From: Longimicrobiales bacterium
Lineage (GTDB): Bacteria > Gemmatimonadota > Gemmatimonadetes > Longimicrobiales > Gaopeijiaceae
Direction of reading: 5' to 3'
Assembly: GCA_965249725.1 (NCBI GenBank)
Contig: CBDFMQ010000001.1
Span: 1-64,000, forward strand
DNA length: 64,000 nucleotides
Positions 57,827 through 64,000 of the stretch are shown here, piece after piece; position 1 is the first letter of the stretch; every line of letters starts with the position of its first letter. The position numbers were made by a program, and so were the translations under genes. The notes below the pieces were generated by a model that did not search any database, was not told the DNA's origin, and saw only the letters and a list, made by a program, of their open reading frames with translations.

Positions 57827-57952
57827 TTAAGCTCCCTTTGTGTCTTGTTCGTCGTCGTCCCAATCGAACGGGTCCACGCTTTTCATCGCCCAGTGCGCTG
57901 CGACCAGCAGAGCGAAACCGAGGACCACCACAGCGAGCCCGAGCCAATCCAT
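57827..57952 (-). CDS. 41-aa single-TM protein with acidic tail
   Basis: MDWLGLAVVVLGFALLVAAHWAMKSVDPFDWDDDEQDTKGA; start abuts upstream TAG. Confidence 0.6.
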   Translation of the reverse strand: MDWLGLAVVVLGFALLVAAHWAMKSVDPFDWDDDEQDTKGA

Positions 57953-58032
57953 CTATCGGTTGTCCTCTTCCACGCTCGGGATTCCGAGTGCCCCGGTAAG
58001 ATCGCGCCGCTTCGACTCCAGCCCTTCGAGCC

Positions 58033-58191
58033 TCACGAGCGAGTGTCGATGCACGTGCGGGCGAGCTCGCCGAAGCCCGTGGCCGCGTCGGCCAACCGCG
58101 CGTTGTGCGCCTCGGCCCTCCACCAGCCGACGGCCGTGAAGAGCAGACCCAAGAGCAGCAGGAACCGTTTCAGCGCTTCGACGTCGATCAT
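58033..58191 (-). CDS. 52-aa single-TM protein
   Basis: MIDVEALKRFLLLLGLLFTAVGWW...; ATGA overlap, RBS AGGAGG. Confidence 0.6.
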   Translation of the reverse strand: MIDVEALKRFLLLLGLLFTAVGWWRAEAHNARLADAATGFGELARTCIDTRS

Positions 58192-58316
58192 CGGTGGTGA
58201 GCCTCCTGGCTCTCGGACTCCTCGGCTTCTTCGCTGGCCTCGAACCACGCGAGCCCGGCGAGCAGCGCAAGGCACGGCACCACCACGTCGAGCGCTATCC
58301 ACTGGGCGGCGGTCAT
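58188..58316 (-). CDS. 42-aa single-TM protein with acidic tail
   Basis: MTAAQWIALDVVVPCLALLAGLAWFEASEEAEESESQEAHHR; ATGA overlaps at both ends. Confidence 0.6.
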   Translation of the reverse strand: MTAAQWIALDVVVPCLALLAGLAWFEASEEAEESESQEAHHR

Positions 58317-58663
58317 TGGCCTGTCCTCACGACCCAGACGGCGCACCGCCGTCCGGTATGCGGAGAATTTCTACGGTGCCCGGAGTCGCGGATCATGCCG
58401 AGCTTCACGAGCTCGTTACGGCGGGCGCATACGCTCTGGCGCAGCATCGACAGGCCGCCTTCTATCTCCGCGTCGGTGGCCCCAGCGTCGCCCCGTGCCA
58501 GGATGTAGCCGTAGACCTCGGCCCGCTTGGTCGGCGCACATTCAGCTGCGCTCCGTGCCGCCTCGCGCGACGTGTCGGAGCCCTTCTGGTGCGGGGGCAG
58601 CCCTCCGTAGGGCTGCCGCTCATCGAGGAAGAGCGGCAGGCCCGTCAGTTCGGCCGGCCTCAC
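58313..58663 (-). CDS. Phage winged-helix protein
   Basis: DTSREAA...GATDAEI...ARRNELVKLG.IRDSG.RR. Confidence 0.75.
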   Translation of the reverse strand: MRPAELTGLPLFLDERQPYGGLPPHQKGSDTSREAARSAAECAPTKRAEVYGYILARGDAGATDAEIEGGLSMLRQSVCARRNELVKLGMIRDSGHRRNSPHTGRRCAVWVVRTGQ

Positions 58664-59796
58664 ACCGGCCTCGGGATGGAGTGTTCTGCCCGCAGAGGTA
58701 CTGCCACAAAGACCACCGGGTCGCCGTCTACGGGTTCGATGCGTATCGGCCTAGTGGCTTCGCTCAATTTTTCGCTCAATCTCAGGATCATGCGTCCACT
58801 GACACTGCGCGCGATCTGGCGCAGATACACAGCGTTGACAGCGAACGTGATGTCTCCCTGAACGTCGGCGGCGAGCGTCTCCTCGTATCCGCCCCTGTCT
58901 GTGGAGTCCGAGCGGAAGAGCGCCCTACCGTCGTAGAGATCGACCTGAAGCCGGAAGAAATCCTCGCGCATGACGGAAACAGCCAGCCCACAGGCTCTGG
59001 CAACGGATGTCGCTTCCAGCTCGGCGCTGACCGGGCAATCGGCGGCGTCAGGGGTCACACGATCGAGGTCGGGATACTTCCCTTCCTTTTGCGATACCCG
59101 AAGCGTCTCGTACCCAGCGGCGAAATCGGCCCAGCGGCGATCCCAGCGAAAGCGTACATCCTTATCGCCCGCGCGCTTGGCCAATGCCGCCAGCAGAGGT
59201 GCGTCCTGTCGCGCAATCATCAGGGACAGCCCGGCGGGCGCCTCGATCCGTGAGTCGTACCGGCCGAGCACGTGGCCGCTCGTGGCTTCGACTGTGAGGT
59301 GCCCTTCGCGCTCCCGAAAATGCACACAGGCGAGGAGCGGGCGGGCGACGTCCTCGGTGGACGCGGCCCAGGTGGTCCGGTCCAGCGCGTCGCGTAGTAC
59401 GGATGCCGGCACCTCCACCTCTCCCGCCGACTCGATGTCCCCGAACAGAGGCCAGTCGCTAACCGATAGCGTGGGCAGGGTCACCGAGGCGGAACCGCCG
59501 CGCGCCGTGCGTGGCCCTTCACCGTTTCCAGACAACTCGATCGTCTCGCCGGATGCGTGCTCGGCGAGCGCCAACAGGCCGTCGGGCCGGATCAACATCC
59601 GGCCTTCCTCGCACACGTCGCACTCGACCTGCACAGAGCCCCAACGCTGCAGGTCCGTGGCCTGGAGCTCCAACCCGTCCTCGCGGGCCGCAACATGGAT
59701 CATGTCCAGCACCGGCAAAACGGAGCGGGACGCCTGGACCTTGGAAACAGTGGCCAGTGCGGTGCGTAACGCCTTGGCTTCGACGGTTGCTTTCAC
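58660..59796 (-). CDS. dnaN: Prophage-encoded DNA polymerase III beta clamp homologue
   Basis: 378 aa; LPVL...ATDL, RPLLACV, ATSGHVL, GKYPD..RV.P, NAVYL, VAVPLR. Confidence 0.88.
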   Translation of the reverse strand: MKATVEAKALRTALATVSKVQASRSVLPVLDMIHVAAREDGLELQATDLQRWGSVQVECDVCEEGRMLIRPDGLLALAEHASGETIELSGNGEGPRTARGGSASVTLPTLSVSDWPLFGDIESAGEVEVPASVLRDALDRTTWAASTEDVARPLLACVHFREREGHLTVEATSGHVLGRYDSRIEAPAGLSLMIARQDAPLLAALAKRAGDKDVRFRWDRRWADFAAGYETLRVSQKEGKYPDLDRVTPDAADCPVSAELEATSVARACGLAVSVMREDFFRLQVDLYDGRALFRSDSTDRGGYEETLAADVQGDITFAVNAVYLRQIARSVSGRMILRLSEKLSEATRPIRIEPVDGDPVVFVAVPLRAEHSIPRPV

Positions 59797-60059
59797 GTGG
59801 CCAGCTCCTCTTCATGGATCGCCAGCGCGAGGCGTTCCAGCTTGGCAAGCTCGGCGACCATACTCTCGATGTCGGCGCCCAGCCGGAACCGCTCGTCCTC
59901 GTCGTCATTCGCCCTGCGTCTTTTGGCCTCAAGCCGAGCAATTGTGCTCCGACACGAACGCAGCTCGCCGAACACCCGCGCTCGCCCCTCGCCGGGCGGC
60001 GGGATCTTGGGCGCCGCGCCTGTGCCAGCCTGTGTCTCCGTGGACGGCTCCATGCTCAT
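59793..60059 (-). CDS. Phage coiled-coil protein (88 aa)
   Basis: ATGA/GTGA overlaps; heptad pattern. Confidence 0.6.
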   Translation of the reverse strand: MSMEPSTETQAGTGAAPKIPPPGEGRARVFGELRSCRSTIARLEAKRRRANDDEDERFRLGADIESMVAELAKLERLALAIHEEELAT

Positions 60060-60166
60060 CGCCGGGCGAGTGCGTTGGCGTGCTGGATGGCGCTGTGGTC
60101 CCAGTCGAGCCGGGCCTCGATCGCCCAGTACTCGTGACGGGCCAGCTCGCGCTCCTCGTTCTGCAT
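60056..60166 (-). CDS. 36-aa phage protein
   Basis: MQNEERELARHEYWAIEARLDWDHSAIQHANALARR; start abuts the recT stop, ATGA overlap downstream. Confidence 0.5.
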   Translation of the reverse strand: MQNEERELARHEYWAIEARLDWDHSAIQHANALARR

Positions 60167-60904
60167 CTAGTGGCCCTCCACCTGGGCGGTCGGCCGGGTG
60201 TGGTGATCCCCGAGCGGCAGTTCGCCGTCGTCGGTAGGCTCGGGCTCGGCTTGTTCCAACTCTTCGGCCTCGATCACCTCCGGTGGATCGCCACCGTCGA
60301 GCTGCTCGGCGAGCGCGGCCTTCCGGTCGGCGATCGAGGGGCCGATGTCCTCGGCTTCCTCGGCTGTGTGAAGCCCTACCGCGAGTTCCGGGCAGTGCGT
60401 CCGGGACCAGAATGCGGCGGCACGGTAACGCAGCATCTGCTCCGGCATCGTCTTCCACTTCGAGCCGTTCTTCGTCGCCCAGCCCTCCGCCTTCGCCATC
60501 CCGACCGTGACCAGTGTTCCGATCAGCTCCTCGCCATCCCCTAGGTCCACCGCCACGGCTCGGCAGCCCCATGAGTCCTCGCCCTCCGTGCCCTCGAAGC
60601 GGAAGCGCAGGGGAGAGAAGCGCCCCGAACGGTTCACGGCAGCGATCAGGAACTGAGCGCTCCAGCTCGGACGGCCGTTGATGATGTGAAGGTTCTGCAT
60701 CACGGCCAGGACCGGGACCTGAGTGCGCTGGGCCATCTCCATCGCCACAAGCACGTTCGAGGCATTGTCCCGGTAGTCGCTCGGGATGATCGAACTCTCC
60801 GATAGCGCCTTGGCCTTGCGAGCTACCAGATCCCAGCCCTCTTCCGTGTCGGTCGATAGGATTCCGGGCTCGGTGCGAGTCAGCGCAGTTCCGTTGCTAG
60901 ACAT
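60167..60904 (-). CDS. RecT-like single-strand annealing protein
   Basis: MQNLHIINGRPSW, KWKTMPEQMLRYRA, GLHTAEE; paired with an exonuclease. Confidence 0.85.
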   Translation of the reverse strand: MSSNGTALTRTEPGILSTDTEEGWDLVARKAKALSESSIIPSDYRDNASNVLVAMEMAQRTQVPVLAVMQNLHIINGRPSWSAQFLIAAVNRSGRFSPLRFRFEGTEGEDSWGCRAVAVDLGDGEELIGTLVTVGMAKAEGWATKNGSKWKTMPEQMLRYRAAAFWSRTHCPELAVGLHTAEEAEDIGPSIADRKAALAEQLDGGDPPEVIEAEELEQAEPEPTDDGELPLGDHHTRPTAQVEGH

Positions 60905-61793
60905 CGGTGTCCTCCTCGTTGCGGGTGGCCCATCCAGGTAGGCGCAGCGTCAGGAACTCGTCGCCGTAGCCCGGCCAGTAGTCCTCGGCTTCGCAGTACT
61001 TGAAGTGATCGAGAAGCCGCGTGACCTCGTCGCTCGTGATGCGCAGATCATCCTCGTCGATGAGGTAGCAGGCCACCGAGTAGGGTGGAGCCGATTCGAC
61101 GGTGACCAGCGCGGACGCCGTGCACTCGGTGCCGAGAGCCGCCAGTCCACGCCGATAGAATGCCTCCCTGCGGTGGTAGCCACGCCGCGCGGCATCCGAG
61201 CCGAATACCCACGGTGAAGCGTCGCGCGTGCTCTTGAGGTTCACCGACAGGTTGGCACGCTCGACCAACCGATCGGGCCGGATCTTGCAAAGCACCCCGG
61301 TCTCGGGGTCCTCAAAGACGCCCGTGACCTCCAATTCGCCACGGCCCTCGAACAGGCTGCCGGATCGTGGGTGCCTTAGCACCGCATCTCGCATGCCGAG
61401 CACCGATGCGTAGTCGGCCTCCGCGAGCACCGCGATCGTCGGATCATCCGGCGCTTCGCCCTTGCCTGGGTCGTGGGACTTGCAGAAGCTCTGGCCGTCC
61501 CGGTAGACCGAGCCCTGGTATGCGCAGCGCTCTCCGTCCTTCCTCTTCCCCTCGCACCGGCCCAGCGTCACGTAACGGCCCTCGAACGTCTCGGGCTCCA
61601 GGATCGCCAGGTGTAGCGCTGTGCCCCGCTCTAGCGCCGGGGTCGCGCTGCGTGGCGCCTGGAGCGTGTAGCGGTAATGCTCGGGGCACCGCCTGAATTC
61701 TTCCAGCAACGACGCGCTCATCGCCGGGAGCGCCAAGTAGTCGGACAGCGCTAGGTCGCGCGTCCATCCTGGGTTAAGGGTTGCCGTTGTCAT
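60897..61793 (-). CDS. RecE/exonuclease VIII-like PD-(D/E)XK protein (DUF3799-type)
   Basis: SASLL, GTALHLAILEP, CKIRPD, VESAPPY, WPGY. Confidence 0.85.
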   Translation of the reverse strand: MTTATLNPGWTRDLALSDYLALPAMSASLLEEFRRCPEHYRYTLQAPRSATPALERGTALHLAILEPETFEGRYVTLGRCEGKRKDGERCAYQGSVYRDGQSFCKSHDPGKGEAPDDPTIAVLAEADYASVLGMRDAVLRHPRSGSLFEGRGELEVTGVFEDPETGVLCKIRPDRLVERANLSVNLKSTRDASPWVFGSDAARRGYHRREAFYRRGLAALGTECTASALVTVESAPPYSVACYLIDEDDLRITSDEVTRLLDHFKYCEAEDYWPGYGDEFLTLRLPGWATRNEEDTDV

Positions 61794-61832
61794 CGTTTCC
61801 CTCCTATCTTCCGGTTGTGGGTTGTTGGATCG

Positions 61833-61871
61833 AACGCCCCGGGACTGGTTTGGTCGCCTGCCCGGGGCGTT
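61833..61871. promoter_or_regulatory. 11-bp perfect inverted repeat upstream of recE
   Basis: AACGCCCCGGG-N17-CCCGGGGCGTT, followed by a T-rich tract on the plus strand. Confidence 0.6.
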
Positions 61872-61928
61872 TCGTTTTATTCCCGCGTCCGCTCATGACC
61901 ACACCTTGCGGGTACAATCAGACATCGG

Positions 61929-62159
61929 ATGACGACCTTTCGGATTCGTGACATGGATGATCGCCTGCTTGAGTATTCAATGGCGACCATGAAAGACGGC
62001 CTCGCAGAATTTGCCTTACTGAGATTTCGGACCCCTCACGGATGGCAAACTTTCGTGGCCACTGAAACACACCTGAGAGAATTGGCTGCGGCTCTGCTGA
62101 AGCTGGCATCTGTCATGACTCCTGATGATCTGGAGCCGCCAAGCTCCCTAGATCCCTAG
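61929..62159 (+). CDS. Small counter-oriented hypothetical protein
   Basis: Lower-GC ORF filling the gap between minus-strand genes. Confidence 0.5.
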   Translation: MTTFRIRDMDDRLLEYSMATMKDGLAEFALLRFRTPHGWQTFVATETHLRELAAALLKLASVMTPDDLEPPSSLDP

Positions 62160-62711
62160 GGGGCCGGCGGCAGGTTCGCGGACCTTCATTTCGGTACTGC
62201 CCTCCCACACCTTGCGGACCGCACTCACGGGGCTGGCCGCCCGGTAGTAGCTGTCCTGACGATGAGCGTACTCTGCTGCGAGCTCTGCCCCGGACTTGCC
62301 GGTGGGGTCGACTTGCGTCCCGTCCCGCACCATCCACTCGAAATCGCACAGGTAGCACGTGTGCTCGGTGTGGCCGTCCTCGTAGTCCTCGTAGAGCACG
62401 GGCAGGCAGAGCTTCGAGCACTCGCGGCACTCGCGCAGGCCCTTGCGGTCGGTGAAGTCCCGGGCGAGATCGGCGCGCATGGTCTCCGGCCGCTCCTCGC
62501 CCTGCCGGTCGATGTAGACGACATCGACGCACGTCTCACACGCCGGCAGATCGTCCGGCACACGCCCGTTCATGCCGCCCGCAGGCACCAGGCCTATCCG
62601 CTTGCGAAGCGAATGCGCGTCCTCGCCGAGCATCTCCGCTCGTGCTTCCTCGCCATCGTCCCACGCCATCTCCGACGCCGCCTCCAATTCCCTGAGTTCC
62701 TTGACGCTCAT
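62148..62711 (-). CDS. Phage Cys-rich (three CxxC) protein
   Basis: RBS GGAGGT; CETC, CREC, CYLC. Confidence 0.7.
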   Translation of the reverse strand: MSVKELRELEAASEMAWDDGEEARAEMLGEDAHSLRKRIGLVPAGGMNGRVPDDLPACETCVDVVYIDRQGEERPETMRADLARDFTDRKGLRECRECSKLCLPVLYEDYEDGHTEHTCYLCDFEWMVRDGTQVDPTGKSGAELAAEYAHRQDSYYRAASPVSAVRKVWEGSTEMKVREPAAGPLGI

Positions 62712-62845
62712 CTGCCTTACCTCCTCGCTTCTGGTGCATGAACCTCGGTGCGCTTCACCCCGCCACCTCCTCGGCTCCCTCACCCGCCGTGACATTAATC
62801 CTCGGCGTTGAAGGCCTCCATTCGGTCTAGCCTGCTGCTGCTCGC

Positions 62846-63109
62846 TCATCGCCGACCTCTCTCTGGCTTCTCCTCACCCGCCAGCACCCGCTCCTCCAGC
62901 GGACTAGCCAAACGCTCGGCCTCTGCTAGTTTGGCCACGCCATCGGCGAACTCCAGGAAGTCCTCGGTGCTGATCTCGAAACTCAATCTCCGCTCGTCGG
63001 CCCGGTTGAAACCCCGGTAGGCCGTCACGAAGTAGCCCTCGCCCATGCGACTGACGTTGAGGCCGACAGAGAGCCGAGCGAGGGCGGACAGCGAAACGGA
63101 GGTAGGCAT
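62846..63109 (-). CDS. Phage hypothetical protein (start uncertain; may be 63046)
   Basis: YFVTAYRG...LSFEISTEDFLEFADG; ATGA overlap downstream. Confidence 0.45.
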   Translation of the reverse strand: MPTSVSLSALARLSVGLNVSRMGEGYFVTAYRGFNRADERRLSFEISTEDFLEFADGVAKLAEAERLASPLEERVLAGEEKPERGRR

Positions 63110-63395
63110 GTCAACGCTAGAAAGCATTCTGAGTCTCCTGGACAAGTGGCCTGCGTGGAAGCGGATCAGGAGTTCCCCAGAGCGGCTGGACGATCTCGAA
63201 AAACGTGTCAACGAACTGGCCGAACGGTTGAATCGCGCACCCGGCGACGCGTGCCCGTTCTGTGGGGCCCTGGAATACCGCGTAAAGACATCCGCGCCCA
63301 TCGCCGGCCATCTCGGGAGGTTGGGCGTCATCCGGCGTAAGATGCTCTGCGGAGAATGCGGGAAGGGCGAGACCAAGACCGTTACCCCGGAGTAG
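63108..63395 (+). CDS. Counter-oriented coiled-coil plus zinc-ribbon protein
   Basis: RBS GGAGGT; LDDLEKRV, CPFCG...CGECG. Confidence 0.7.
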   Translation: MSTLESILSLLDKWPAWKRIRSSPERLDDLEKRVNELAERLNRAPGDACPFCGALEYRVKTSAPIAGHLGRLGVIRRKMLCGECGKGETKTVTPE

Positions 63396-63468
63396 GGGGG
63401 TCACGAGATGGCCTCGGTGGGGGCCTCGCTGGGCTCTTCACCTCCCGCCATCACCCGCTCGCGGGCCA

Positions 63469-63930
63469 TCAGCCTCTCACCTCGTCTTCGGTGATGCCCC
63501 TCGCAGCGAATTCACGCTCGATCGCTGCTTTCTCCGCGTTGATCGCCGAGTCGCGCTCGCTCGCCCGCGCCCTGTTCAGCCAGCAAGCCCCCACGCTCAC
63601 ATCGAGCGTCCGGTCGTCGCTCTCTACCTGCGGCTCTGTTTGCAGCGTTTCGTGATAGAGCGCGATGAGATCGGCCTTCGTAAGACCTTTGATGTCCATT
63701 TGGATCATCCGGGACTCGAAGTGGGCTTGGACGCGGAAACGATCCGGCGCGCCCTCGAAGTACTTCACGAAAGCATTGACGAGACCGCCGTTTCTCTTGT
63801 ACCGATTGGCGCTGTACCGAGTGATCCCGAGCACCAGCGCGCACTTCTTGTCGTTCGGGTAGGTATCCGCGTGCGCATGCCCGCTGCTCGCTTCCATCAC
63901 GGCGCGACGCCTCGGGTCCTTGAGAGACAT
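63469..63930 (-). CDS. Phage regulatory protein, possibly CII-like
   Basis: HTH-like DKKCALVLGITRYSANRY followed by helical domain. Confidence 0.5.
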   Translation of the reverse strand: MSLKDPRRRAVMEASSGHAHADTYPNDKKCALVLGITRYSANRYKRNGGLVNAFVKYFEGAPDRFRVQAHFESRMIQMDIKGLTKADLIALYHETLQTEPQVESDDRTLDVSVGACWLNRARASERDSAINAEKAAIEREFAARGITEDEVRG

Positions 63931-64000
63931 GTTCACATCCCCCCGTTTGTAACGTGATTTGTCGGCGTGCAGGACCCACCGTTCGGGATGGTCGAACACG

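Larger units (their letters stand above)
55349..64000 (-). mobile_element. Prophage integration and early/recombination region
   Basis: Integrase, xis, RecE/RecT, many small coupled ORFs. Confidence 0.92.

Overview
GC-rich bacterial DNA; the gene content suggests a Gemmatimonadota-like host (low confidence). The window has five blocks, and each internal boundary (~5381, ~26323, ~38148, ~55349) cuts through genes, so some or all are probably joins between concatenated contigs. (1) 1-5381: temperate-phage fragment on the minus strand. It carries a truncated amino-methyltransferase, a replication initiator with iterons, a helicase-loader-like gene, a C5 DNA methyltransferase with a nested out-of-frame gene, a late promoter and terminator, HNH, a candidate cos region and terS. 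(2) 5383-26323: host genes, namely FAAL-ACP-reductase plus P450, a heptad-repeat protein, a LIV-type ABC/acyl-CoA ligase cluster, a Tat aminotransferase, a zinc protease, an NHL protein, an FAD oxidoreductase and a TPR fragment. (3) 26323-38148: conjugative element (VirB4, B9, B10, B5, B6, B8, an unknown wHTH protein, a highly structured spacer, coupling protein, VirB11, a small acidic protein, ArdC). (4) 38150-55349: host genes, namely a penicillin-acylase-family protein, YjbQ, CopZ, a Ser/Thr kinase, mtnA plus an aldolase, a kinase-M23-aminotransferase fusion and a damaged TetR-TolC-HlyD-ABC operon. (5) 55349-64000: prophage early region (integrase, xis, Ala-rich tetrapeptide-repeat protein, micro-ORFs, beta clamp, RecT, RecE). 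Most notable: the permuted, two-reading-frame methyltransferase; the conjugative element with no recognisable relaxase and a candidate oriT; the FAAL-ACP-R/P450 pair; and a possible small-protein late-gene switch. All calls come from reading motifs by eye; no searches were run.
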